Shown: positions 1 through 8,576, counted from the stretch's first letter. The stretch: DNA of 32,310 nt from Synechococcaceae bacterium WB4_1_0192 (GCA_009926195.1 RFPK01000001.1:1-32310), one strand, 5' to 3'. Numbers and translations: made by a program. The notes: generated by a model not told the origin, from the letters alone.

Positions 1-1
1 C

Positions 2-349
2 CCACCGGGTGCGGAGGCCGATCTCAGCGCACGGGTGCTGTTGGTGAGTGGCAGCCGCGACTGGGTCGTGCCACCGGACCCCGAGGCCGTGACGCCGATG
101 CGCCTGCGAGAGGACAAGGGCAACCGCCTGGTGCTCGTGCAAGGCGGCGATCACTTCAACCTGCGGCCAGGCCAGAAGGCGGATGGCGGCACGCTCGGGC
201 CACTGCTGCTGGCCTGGACGGAGGGGGCGTTCCAGGCGGGAGCGGCCGTACGGCCATCGCCGTCGGCACCGAATCTGCTGCCGCCGATGGGCTGGGGGCA
301 GACCGGCATGGCCCTGGTGGACGTGACCGATCGGCTGCGGCGCCCCTGA
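2..349 (+). CDS. Alpha/beta hydrolase family protein, C-terminal part (5' end outside window)
   Basis: Frame is open from base 2 to TGA at 347-349. VLLVSGSRDWVVP and GGDHFNL resemble the catalytic Asp and His segments of alpha/beta hydrolases. Confidence 0.7.
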   Translation, partial: PPGAEADLSARVLLVSGSRDWVVPPDPEAVTPMRLREDKGNRLVLVQGGDHFNLRPGQKADGGTLGPLLLAWTEGAFQAGAAVRPSPSAPNLLPPMGWGQTGMALVDVTDRLRRP

Positions 350-396
350 GGCGGGACAGAAACGAAAGCACTGCACCCCAGCGACCTTCACAGGCC

Positions 397-425
397 GTTA
401 CAATTGGCGCAACACTTCGCAACAC
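397..425 (+). promoter_or_regulatory. Putative hli promoter: -10 box TACAAT followed by a 10-bp-period direct repeat (HLR1/RpaB-like)
   Basis: GTTACAAT at 397-404 (TACAAT 399-404). CGCAACAC occurs at 408-415 and 418-425, just upstream of ATG 431. Confidence 0.5.
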
Positions 426-430
426 GCGTC

Positions 431-574
431 ATGACCGGCAACGACACCCGCTTTGGCTTCGTCGCCTTCGCCGAGACCTGGAACGGTCGTCTCGCCATGC
501 TCGGCTTCGTGATCGGCCTGGCCACCGAACTGCTGACCGGTCAGGGCATCCTCGGCCAGATCGGCCTGGGCTGA
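431..574 (+). CDS. hli: High light inducible protein (HLIP/SCP, 47 aa); not in ORF track
   Basis: Translates MTGNDTRFGFVAFAETWNGRLAMLGFVIGLATELLTGQGILGQIGLG, with the canonical AExWNGRLAMLG chlorophyll-binding motif and the TGQGIL tail. Confidence 0.95.
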   Translation: MTGNDTRFGFVAFAETWNGRLAMLGFVIGLATELLTGQGILGQIGLG

Positions 575-616
575 ACAGCTTCCGGCGTTTCCACCCCCCA
601 TCGCCCCCTTCACACC

Positions 617-853
617 ATGAACACGCCGTCCACCAGCGACAAATGGTTTCAGGATCGCGCCGCTGAGCAGATCCACCTCGATCAGCTGACCCGCGTCGAG
701 CGGTTCAACGGCCGTGCTGCCATGCTCGGCATCGTGATCGGGGTGATCACCGAAGGGCTGACCGGTGCCGGCATTGCCCATCAGATCGGTCTCGGTCCGC
801 TGATCGATGGCTATGCCGCCTGCCACACGCAGTTCCTGCCCTTCTGCTTCTGA
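617..853 (+). CDS. hli: HLIP-like chlorophyll a/b-binding protein (78 aa)
   Basis: ERFNGRAAMLG motif, one transmembrane helix, EGLTGAGI, and a C-terminal extension ending ACHTQFLPFCF. Confidence 0.9.
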   Translation: MNTPSTSDKWFQDRAAEQIHLDQLTRVERFNGRAAMLGIVIGVITEGLTGAGIAHQIGLGPLIDGYAACHTQFLPFCF

Positions 854-889
854 GCTCACCACCATGGGGGAGGTTGACCCTCTCCCCCA

Positions 890-3706
890 GTGCAGCTCAG
901 TGCCGATCAACCCATCTGGTGCCTCACCGCTGCGCAGGTGTTCGCAGCGCTTCAGAGCCAGCCGGAGGGTCTGAGCAGCGTCGAGGCGATCGACAGACTT
1001 GAACGCTTCGGCCCCAACCGCTTGCCATCGCTGAAGCGTCGGCCTCTTGCCCTGCGCTTCAGCGATCAGCTGTTGCACTTCATGGCGCTGCTGCTCTGGG
1101 TAGCTGGCGCCCTTGCCTTCATTGCCCGAGCACCGCAGCTCGGCTGGGCGATCTGGGCAGTGATCCTGATCAATGCACTGTTCTCCTTCTGGCAGGAGTT
1201 CAAGGCAGAGCGCACCCTCCAGGCCCTGGCCGGTAATCTGCCCGACCTCGCCCAGGTCTGGCGCGATGGCCAACTCCAACAGCTGAGTGCGGATCAGCTG
1301 GTCTGCGGCGACGTGGTCCTGCTCGAGGAGGGCAACCGTGTGCCGGCGGACTGCCGACTGCTAACGGCGGAACAGCTGTACCTCGATCTTGCGGTCCTGA
1401 CGGGTGAATCCCTGCCCGTAGCACGGGCCCCTGGGGAACAACCGGCCGCGAGACTCCCCAGCCGCGAGCGCACCAACCTGCTGCTGGCCGGGGCCACCGT
1501 GGTGTCCGGGCGAGCCGAGGCCATCGTCTACGCGACCGCCAGCGAGACGGAATTCGGCCAGGTCGCCCATCTCACCGCCAGCACGGAGCGCTCCACCAGC
1601 ACGCTCGAGCTGCAGATCGAGCGGATCGTGCACACGATCACGCTGATCGCTCTCAGCACGGGACTGCTCACCTTCACGGTCAGTGTGTTGCTGGAGCGGA
1701 TGGCTCCGCTCGAAAGCCTGATCTACGCCGTCGGCATCATCGTGGGCTTTGTGCCCGAGGGCCTGCTGCCGCAGGTGACCCTGACCCTGGCCCTGAACGT
1801 GCAGCGCATGGCGCGGCGCCAGGCCCTGGTCAGGCGTCTGTCCGCCGTCGAGAGCCTCGGCTCGGTGAGCGTGATCTGCTCGGACAAAACCGGCACCATC
1901 ACCCAGAACCGCATGGCCGTGGAGGCCTGCTGGTTGCCCGGGCCGGACCAGGGCGCTGAAGCGGCGCCGCAGGAGAGCGGCCAGCGACAGCTGCTGCTGC
2001 TTGCCGCCAGCCTCTGTTCCAATGCACGGCTTGAAGACAACGCCAGCGGCAGCGGGCCGTGGCGCGCCAGCGGTGATCCCACCGAAACCGCGCTGCTGAT
2101 CGCCGCCGCCGAAGCAGATCTGCTGACCCCTGAGCGCCAGGGTGCACGGCGCTGCCGCGAGCTGCCCTTCGATTCACACCGCCGGCGCCTGACGGTGGTG
2201 ATCGAACGACTGGCGGCGCTGCCTGGCCCCCCCTTACCCGCAGGTAACCGGCTGGCCCTGACCAAAGGGGCTCCCCTGGAGCTGCTGGAGCGCTGCAGCG
2301 GCTGGTTGGGTCCGACCGGGCTGTCAGCGCTGACGGAGCCGCAGCGGCAGGAGGTGGTGCAGGCCAACGATCGCCTGGCTGAGCAGGGCTTCCGTGTTCT
2401 GGCCGTGGCGGTGCGCAGCGGCGGCGATGAACTGCTGACCCTCAACCCCGAAGGCCTGGAGAGCGGTCTGACCCTGGTGGGACTGGTGGGGCTTTACGAC
2501 CCACCACGCCCGGAGGTGCTTGAGGCGATTCGCCAGTGCCGCCAGGCGGGGATCAAGGTGACGATGGTCACGGGGGATTACGGCGTGACGGCGCAGGCGA
2601 TCGCCCAGCAGATCGGGCTGCTGGAGCCGATGTCCGGACGGGACACCCCTGCGGTGCAACGCGCAGGTGGTGGTGCCGATCCCGTGCGGGTGATCGACGG
2701 CGCGACCCTGGCCCAGATCAGTGATCTGCATCTGCGGCGCCTGCTCAAGTACCGCACCCGCCTGGTGTTCGCACGCATGGCGCCGGAGCAGAAGCTGCGC
2801 CTGGTGCAGGCTTACCGCGATCTCGGTGAGGTGGTGGCCGTGACCGGCGATGGCGTCAATGACGCCCCGGCCCTGCGGGCCGCGGATGTGGGAGTGGCGA
2901 TGGGGCGGTGCGGCACGGATGTGGCGCGGGAGGCCGCCGACATCGTGCTGCTGGATGACAATTTCGCCACGATCGTCGAAGCGGTGCGCTTTGGCCGCGG
3001 CGTGATCAGCAACATCCGCAAGTTCCTGACCTACATCCTGGTCGCCAACCTTTCCGAGGCGGCCCCGTTCCTGGCGATGGTCAGCCTGCGGATTCCGGCA
3101 GCTCTGACGGTGATGCAGATCCTGGCCGTGGATCTTGGTACAGACATCCTGCCGGCCCTTGGCCTCGGGGCGGAACTGCCCGAAGCCGCCCTGATGCACC
3201 AACCGCCTCGGCCACGCCAGGCACCGTTGCTCGATCGAAGCGTGCTGCAGCGCTCCTACCTGTTCCTCGGACTGATGGAGGCGTCCTTCTCGCTGGCGGC
3301 GTACCTGCTGGTCTGGCTGCAGGGGGGCGTCAGCCTTGCGGAGCTGCAGGCGCTGGCGCCCCAGCTGCTGCAGCACACCGCGCCGGAGGCGCTGCAGCAG
3401 CTGCAGCTGCAGGCTTCAGCGGCGGCCTTCACGACGATCGTCTTCAGCCAGGTCGGGGTACTCCTGGCCTGCCGCAGTGAGTGGCGCTCGGGCTGGAGCC
3501 TGCTGGGGCAGGCCAACCCCCTGCTCTGGTGCGGTGCGGTCAGCGAACTGGTGCTGCTGGCTGCCCTGGTGCTCACGCCGATGCTGAGCAGGCTGTTAGC
3601 GATGGCCCCCTTCCCGGCCCGCGATCTGACCTGGATGGCACTGGCCCCGGTGTTGATCCTGCTGGCCGATGACGGGCGCAAGCGCTGGCTGCAGCGCCAC
3701 GGTTGA
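890..3706 (+). CDS. Cation-transporting P-type ATPase, type II (Na+/K+-ATPase-like)
   Basis: TGES, VPEGL, CSDKTGT phosphorylation site, KGAP, DPPR, MVTGD, TGDGVNDAPAL, DLGTD; multiple TM segments. The start codon is uncertain. Confidence 0.93.
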   Translation: MQLSADQPIWCLTAAQVFAALQSQPEGLSSVEAIDRLERFGPNRLPSLKRRPLALRFSDQLLHFMALLLWVAGALAFIARAPQLGWAIWAVILINALFSFWQEFKAERTLQALAGNLPDLAQVWRDGQLQQLSADQLVCGDVVLLEEGNRVPADCRLLTAEQLYLDLAVLTGESLPVARAPGEQPAARLPSRERTNLLLAGATVVSGRAEAIVYATASETEFGQVAHLTASTERSTSTLELQIERIVHTITLIALSTGLLTFTVSVLLERMAPLESLIYAVGIIVGFVPEGLLPQVTLTLALNVQRMARRQALVRRLSAVESLGSVSVICSDKTGTITQNRMAVEACWLPGPDQGAEAAPQESGQRQLLLLAASLCSNARLEDNASGSGPWRASGDPTETALLIAAAEADLLTPERQGARRCRELPFDSHRRRLTVVIERLAALPGPPLPAGNRLALTKGAPLELLERCSGWLGPTGLSALTEPQRQEVVQANDRLAEQGFRVLAVAVRSGGDELLTLNPEGLESGLTLVGLVGLYDPPRPEVLEAIRQCRQAGIKVTMVTGDYGVTAQAIAQQIGLLEPMSGRDTPAVQRAGGGADPVRVIDGATLAQISDLHLRRLLKYRTRLVFARMAPEQKLRLVQAYRDLGEVVAVTGDGVNDAPALRAADVGVAMGRCGTDVAREAADIVLLDDNFATIVEAVRFGRGVISNIRKFLTYILVANLSEAAPFLAMVSLRIPAALTVMQILAVDLGTDILPALGLGAELPEAALMHQPPRPRQAPLLDRSVLQRSYLFLGLMEASFSLAAYLLVWLQGGVSLAELQALAPQLLQHTAPEALQQLQLQASAAAFTTIVFSQVGVLLACRSEWRSGWSLLGQANPLLWCGAVSELVLLAALVLTPMLSRLLAMAPFPARDLTWMALAPVLILLADDGRKRWLQRHG

Positions 3707-3742
3707 CGCCACCCATAGGCTCAGGGCTGGGAGAGGGGATCG

Positions 3743-5086
3743 ATGCTGCACGCAGCTCCTGAGCGGCAGCCGCTGTTGCGCCGTTGCCTCGGTCCGGTCG
3801 CGGTCACGGCCCAGGCGGTCGGCACCGTCGGCCTGACGCTCACCGCCGTGATCAACATCCCACAGGTGGCCAGTGGTGCCGGCCACAGCACGCCCCTCTG
3901 CTACGCGCTCGCCTTTGTGGTGATTGTGCTGGTGAGCGAAACCTTCGTGCTGTTTCAGCGGCGATCCGCCGGTGCCGAAGGGATTGCCGGCTATGTGCGC
4001 CAGGGGCTGGGGGATCGCGCCGGCCGGCTGGGGGCCTGGCTGCTGCTGATCGGCTATGGCGCCACCCTTGCGGCCTGCCTGGCCTTCCTGGGCTTCTACC
4101 TCCACCAGGTCCTGCTCCGGCTCGGGCTGTCCCTGGCACCTGCCCTGTGCGTGCTGATCGGTGGAGCCGGCTGCCTGGAACTGACCCGGCGCGATGTGAG
4201 GCTGTCGACAACGGCGATGGTCTTCACCGAGGCGATCTCGGTGACGATCGTGCTCGGGCTCTGCGCCCTCGTCCTGCAGCATGGCGGCCCTGGCGCCGAC
4301 CTCAGGGCGCTGAATCCGGCCGGAGACAACCTGATCCAGTTGCGGGCGGGCCTGATGGCCGCGGTGCTGAGCTTCATCGGCTTCGAGAGTGCCGCCACGC
4401 TCGGGGATGAATCGCTGCACCCTGAGCGGGCGGTGCCGAGGGCCCTGCGGCAAGCGGTGCTGCTGGCGGGCAGCCTGTTTCTGTTCTGGTCGGTGGTGAT
4501 CAGCGAAGGCCTGACCTGGCTGCCGCTGGCCCAGCGGCAGGGGCTGGACCCACTCAGCCTGCTCGCGGATCGCCTCGGCCAGCCCGGAGCCGGCGATCTG
4601 ATCAAGCTCGGTGCTCTGCTCTGCCTGCTGGGCACCTGCATCGGGGCGACCACGGCCCTGGCGAGGGTCAGCTTCGCCCTGGCCCGCGATGGGGTTCTGC
4701 CGAAGCCGCTGAGCCGGGTGCACCCACGCTTCAGGACCCCGGCCACGGCGCTGTGGAGCCTGGGCCTGCCGACGGTGCTGATGGCAGCCCTGCCGGTGGC
4801 GGCCGGGATCGGCACGACCCAGCTGTTCAATCAGTTCGGCTCGTTCTCGGTACTCGGGTTCCTGCTGGTCTATGGCCTGGTGGCTACAGCGAGCCTGGTG
4901 GCGCCGCTGCCGGGAGTCGGGCGGTACCGCCGCCTGCTGGTGGGGGGGCTGGCCCTGGCCAGCCTCAGCGGAATGAGCCTGCTGTTTCTGTCGTCCCTGG
5001 CCGATGACCCCTTGGTGCCGTTGTGCTTCCTGGCGACCCTGATCCTGGGAACCGCCCTGGTGCTGCGCGCTCAGCCCTCGGTGTGA
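3743..5086 (+). CDS. APC family amino acid/polyamine permease
   Basis: About 12 hydrophobic segments, SFIGFESAATLGDE and ARDGVLPKPLSRVHPRFRTP motifs; purine-rich GGAGAGGGG upstream of ATG. Confidence 0.88.
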   Translation: MLHAAPERQPLLRRCLGPVAVTAQAVGTVGLTLTAVINIPQVASGAGHSTPLCYALAFVVIVLVSETFVLFQRRSAGAEGIAGYVRQGLGDRAGRLGAWLLLIGYGATLAACLAFLGFYLHQVLLRLGLSLAPALCVLIGGAGCLELTRRDVRLSTTAMVFTEAISVTIVLGLCALVLQHGGPGADLRALNPAGDNLIQLRAGLMAAVLSFIGFESAATLGDESLHPERAVPRALRQAVLLAGSLFLFWSVVISEGLTWLPLAQRQGLDPLSLLADRLGQPGAGDLIKLGALLCLLGTCIGATTALARVSFALARDGVLPKPLSRVHPRFRTPATALWSLGLPTVLMAALPVAAGIGTTQLFNQFGSFSVLGFLLVYGLVATASLVAPLPGVGRYRRLLVGGLALASLSGMSLLFLSSLADDPLVPLCFLATLILGTALVLRAQPSV

Positions 5087-5391
5087 GAGTCGGGCAGAAC
5101 CAGATCGGTGATCACCGGCACGGCCACGATCGGCTGATGGTGCTCCACCTGCGACTGGGTGCTCGGGGCGAATGCGGCCGGCTGGGCACCAGCACGGCGA
5201 CGGCTGACGGGCTGGCTGGGGGAGGGTTCGACGGCGCGGGCAGCACGACGACCTGCACCAGCGGCGGCGGCACGACTGGTGACCAGGGGACGCTGAATCG
5301 GCTGATCACGCAGTTCACTGCGGATCTGATTGAGCAGCTTGAAGTGGTTGGTGGTGGTGTATTTGCGCAGCAGTGCCGGATCCCAGGCCAT
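5071..5391 (-). CDS. Conserved hypothetical picocyanobacterial protein (MAWDPALLRKY...)
   Basis: ATG start. The N-terminal WDPxLLRKYxxTxHFKLLNQIRSELR segment resembles, from memory, a small conserved cyanobacterial family. The C-terminus is low complexity. Confidence 0.65.
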   Translation of the reverse strand: MAWDPALLRKYTTTNHFKLLNQIRSELRDQPIQRPLVTSRAAAAGAGRRAARAVEPSPSQPVSRRRAGAQPAAFAPSTQSQVEHHQPIVAVPVITDLVLPDSHTEG

Positions 5392-5533
5392 CGAGGCGCG
5401 TGAATAGTCTCCTCAGCCTATGGCGGACCCAGCACCCGCAGGACCGTGATAAGTTGTTACGCAGTCAACTGGTAGTCGATCCGGTTACGGGTTGGACGCT
5501 CCCCAGTTGCAAGCACCCCGCAATCACCTGATC

Positions 5534-6124
5534 ATGTCGAGGCTCGTCGGTCTTCAGGCTCCTGACTTCACCGCCACCGCCGTGGTGGATCAGGAATTCA
5601 AGGACGTGACCCTCTCCAGCTACCGCGGCAAGTACGTGGTGCTGTTCTTCTACCCCCTCGACTTCACCTTCGTCTGCCCGACGGAGATCACCGCCTTCTC
5701 CGACCGTTACAGCGAGTTCTCCAGCCGCAACTGCGAAGTGCTGGGCGTTTCGGTGGACAGCCAGTTCTCCCACCTCGCCTGGGTGCAGACCGACCGCAAG
5801 AACGGTGGCCTCGGCGACATCGCCTACCCCCTGGTGGCCGACCTCAAGAAGGACATCGCCCGCGCCTACGAGGTGCTCGACGAGGAAGCCGGCATCGCCC
5901 TGCGCGGCCTGTTCATCATCGATCCCGATGGTGTGATCATGCAGAGCACGATCAACAACCTGCCGGTTGGCCGTAGCGTCGACGAAACCCTGCGCCTGCT
6001 GCAGGCCTTCCAGCACATCCGCAACAACCCCGACGAGGTCTGCCCCGCCAACTGGACCCCCGGCGAGAAGACCATGAATCCCGACCCCGTCAAGAGCAAG
6101 GAGTTCTTCGCCGCCGTCAACTGA
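5534..6124 (+). CDS. ahpC: 2-Cys peroxiredoxin (thioredoxin peroxidase)
   Basis: [14 protein letters not shown] peroxidatic motif, GGLG, and EVCPANW resolving Cys. ATG 5534 (MSRLVG) is preferred over the ORF-track start. Confidence 0.96.
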   Translation: MSRLVGLQAPDFTATAVVDQEFKDVTLSSYRGKYVVLFFYPLDFTFVCPTEITAFSDRYSEFSSRNCEVLGVSVDSQFSHLAWVQTDRKNGGLGDIAYPLVADLKKDIARAYEVLDEEAGIALRGLFIIDPDGVIMQSTINNLPVGRSVDETLRLLQAFQHIRNNPDEVCPANWTPGEKTMNPDPVKSKEFFAAVN

Positions 6125-6164
6125 AGCTGACGCCAAGGAGCTGAACACCGGCTCCTCACCAGCA

Positions 6165-6188
6165 GCGGGCCCCCAGGGGCCCGTTTTT
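6165..6188 (+). terminator. Rho-independent terminator after peroxiredoxin
   Basis: GCGGGCCC-CCAG-GGGCCCGT stem-loop followed by a T-run. Confidence 0.8.
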
Positions 6189-6244
6189 CATGGCCATGTG
6201 CGATGGCTGTGAATCTGTCCTGGCTCCCAGGAACACCGGAACCG

Positions 6245-7237
6245 TCAGAGCAGCTCCAGCCGGCCGGTGCCGCCATCGATCCGGGCGCGACGTCCTTGCG
6301 GCAAAGCCAGGTTGGGGACGCCATGGCCCACCGGCAGGGAGCTGATCATCGGCACGTTCAAGGGGGCAAGCCGCTCCAGCAGGATTTCCTCCATCGTGAA
6401 ATCGCCTGGCAGCACATCATCGCGAGGCCAGCTGAACCGCCCCAGCGCGATGCCGGCGACGGCGCGCAGCAGACCGCTCGTGCGCCACTGCGTGAGCTGA
6501 CGATCGATCCGATACGGGGCTTCGCCGGTGTCCTCGAGCACCAGCACAGCGCCGCGCAGATCTGGCAACCAGGGGGTGCCGATCAGGCTGGTGGCGATCG
6601 TGAGGTTGGTCACCACCAACGGACCGATGGCGATCCCCCCCTGAACCGCTCGTCCCTGCAGAGGGGCAACGGCCTGGCCCTCCAGCAGGGCCACCAGGCG
6701 CTGCCATTGGCTGGCATCGCCACCGAACCAGCCATGGATGCCACCGCTGCCGCCGGCCGCCAGCTGGGCCAGCAACAGGGCTGAGCAATCAGAAAAGCCC
6801 ACACACCAGCGCGGTGCCGAAGGGATGGACCAGCCCTGCTCCAACACCCGGGCGGAACCCCAACCGGCACCGACACAGAACAGGGCATCGAGATCGGCAT
6901 CGAGCCAGGCGCGGCGCAGGGAACTGCTGCGGGCCGCATCGTTGGCCGAGAACCAGCGCCAGCGCTGGCGGAGATCATCCGGCGCAATCAGCTGCCACCC
7001 CTGCTCGGCGCAGCGCTGGCGCAGGCGGCTGAGGAGGCCATCGGCCGGATCGAGCCAGGTGCCGGGGGCAACGGCACCGATGCGGCTGCCGCTCTGCAAC
7101 GGCCTGGGCCAGGCACCAGGAGCGACCGCACTCAGGACAGGGCTCACGCTGGCGGTGCTGCTGCGGCCAGGCCTGATGCCGCTGGCCAGCGCGAGGCCCA
7201 GGCCAGCCGCCGAGCCGAGCAGCTGACGGCGGCGCAT
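6245..7237 (-). CDS. ldcA: LD-carboxypeptidase (peptidase S66) with a Tat-like N-terminus
   Basis: GFSD (Ser nucleophile), LEDTGEAPYRIDR (Glu) and VGHG (His) form the triad. N-terminus is MRRRQLL plus a hydrophobic stretch. Confidence 0.85.
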   Translation of the reverse strand: MRRRQLLGSAAGLGLALASGIRPGRSSTASVSPVLSAVAPGAWPRPLQSGSRIGAVAPGTWLDPADGLLSRLRQRCAEQGWQLIAPDDLRQRWRWFSANDAARSSSLRRAWLDADLDALFCVGAGWGSARVLEQGWSIPSAPRWCVGFSDCSALLLAQLAAGGSGGIHGWFGGDASQWQRLVALLEGQAVAPLQGRAVQGGIAIGPLVVTNLTIATSLIGTPWLPDLRGAVLVLEDTGEAPYRIDRQLTQWRTSGLLRAVAGIALGRFSWPRDDVLPGDFTMEEILLERLAPLNVPMISSLPVGHGVPNLALPQGRRARIDGGTGRLELL

Positions 7238-7243
7238 GGCGGT

Positions 7244-7897
7244 TCAGCCCAGCAGGCTGGCCAGCAGACGCTGACCATCGATGCCACCGGTGGCCGCGTC
7301 GCAGGCCCGCTCTGGGTGAGGCATCAGACCGAGCACATTGCCGGCGGCATTGCTGAGACCAGCCACATCACCGACCGATCCGTTCGGATTGCGGCGATAG
7401 CGCAGCACCACCTGGCCGTTGTCGTCGAGCTGGCGCAACTGCTCAGCCTGGGCCTGGTAGCGGCCCTCGCCGTGGGCGATCGGGAACGTCACCACTTCAC
7501 CGGCGCCATAACCCTGCAACCAGCTGCAGCGACCGGGCTGGACCACCAGGTCGGTGGGCTCGCAGAGAAAATGAAGGTTGTGGTTGCGGGTCAGGGCGCC
7601 GGGCAGGAGGCCCAGCTCGGTAAGCACCTGGAAGCCGTTGCAGATGCCGAGGACGCGGCCGCCCCGCTCGGCAAAGGCGACCACCTCCTGCAGCACCGGC
7701 GCGAAGCGGGCAATGGCACCGCAACGCAGGTAATCGCCGTAGCTGAAGCCACCGGGAATCACCACGGCCTCCAGACCGCTGAGATCACGCTCTTCATGCC
7801 ACAGAAAGCGTGTGGGAATGCCAAGGCATCCCTCGGCCGCCCAGCGCACATCCCGGTCACAGTTGGAACCGGGGAAGACCACCACACCAAGGGTCAT
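7244..7897 (-). CDS. purQ: Phosphoribosylformylglycinamidine synthase subunit PurQ
   Basis: [43 protein letters not shown]. Confidence 0.97.
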   Translation of the reverse strand: MTLGVVVFPGSNCDRDVRWAAEGCLGIPTRFLWHEERDLSGLEAVVIPGGFSYGDYLRCGAIARFAPVLQEVVAFAERGGRVLGICNGFQVLTELGLLPGALTRNHNLHFLCEPTDLVVQPGRCSWLQGYGAGEVVTFPIAHGEGRYQAQAEQLRQLDDNGQVVLRYRRNPNGSVGDVAGLSNAAGNVLGLMPHPERACDAATGGIDGQRLLASLLG

Positions 7898-7900
7898 CGT

Positions 7901-8170
7901 TCAGGCCTCCGCGGCGGCGCCGTCGCGAAGCTCCAGAGTCCAGTTCTCGATCACCGGATTGGCCAGCAGGCGGTCGCTGAGGAGTTCGAGCTGTTGACGG
8001 GCCGTGGCGGCATCAGGGGCCTCCAGCTCCACGTCAACGGCCTTGCCGATTCGAAGACGACTGACACCGTCAACCCCGAGGCGGGCAGCGGCGGCGCGGG
8101 TCGCCTCACCGGCAGGGTCGAGCACCGAAGGCCTCAGAGAGACCAGCACGCGGGCGGAGAAGAGGGGCAC
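7901..8170 (-). CDS. purS: Phosphoribosylformylglycinamidine synthase subunit PurS (89 aa)
   Basis: GTG at 8170; LRPSVLDPAGEA, LRIGK, LLANPVIE; directly upstream of purQ. The 313-aa ORF-track call is over-extended. Confidence 0.93.
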   Translation of the reverse strand: MPLFSARVLVSLRPSVLDPAGEATRAAAARLGVDGVSRLRIGKAVDVELEAPDAATARQQLELLSDRLLANPVIENWTLELRDGAAAEA

Positions 8171-8196
8171 CTGAGCTCCACGAGGATTGTTAAATC

Positions 8197-8562
8197 TTGG
8201 CAGGCCGGCTTCCGCTGCCCGATGGCGCTGGTCACGGTGGGAATGGTCGCCCTCGCGCCGCCGTGCCCCCTGCACTGTCAGCACCGCCGATCCAGGCGCC
8301 CGCAGGACCCCAGCGGATCCAGCTGGACTGCCGACTGGCCGATGGCGCCTGGCAGCCCTGCACGATGACGGTGGAGCGCATCGGTGAGCACTGGTGGCTG
8401 CAGGTGGGTAAGGAACGGCTGGAATTCCGCAGCGACGGCCGAGGAGCGGTGAGCCTGCGCGGGCGCAGCGGCATTGCCCGATCCGTGCAACCGGTGTGGG
8501 CTGCGGATCAGGCGCTGTGCTGGGACGGGGTCTGCGCCAGAGGGGAGCTGCCGCTGGACTGA
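8197..8562 (+). CDS. Small conserved hypothetical protein, 4 Cys, probably exported; 5' end likely frameshifted (true ATG about 8222)
   Basis: Protein-like C-terminal part DCRLADGAWQPC...LCWDGVCARGELPLD. A signal-peptide-like MALVTVGMVALA starts at 8222 in another frame. Confidence 0.6.
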   Translation: MAGRLPLPDGAGHGGNGRPRAAVPPALSAPPIQAPAGPQRIQLDCRLADGAWQPCTMTVERIGEHWWLQVGKERLEFRSDGRGAVSLRGRSGIARSVQPVWAADQALCWDGVCARGELPLD

Positions 8563-8576
8563 GGAAGCGCCTGACC

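Noticed and set aside
5446-5488. NtcA-like sites upstream of the peroxiredoxin
   Set aside because: Spacings are GTG-N9-TAC and GTA-N11-TAC, not GTA-N8-TAC.
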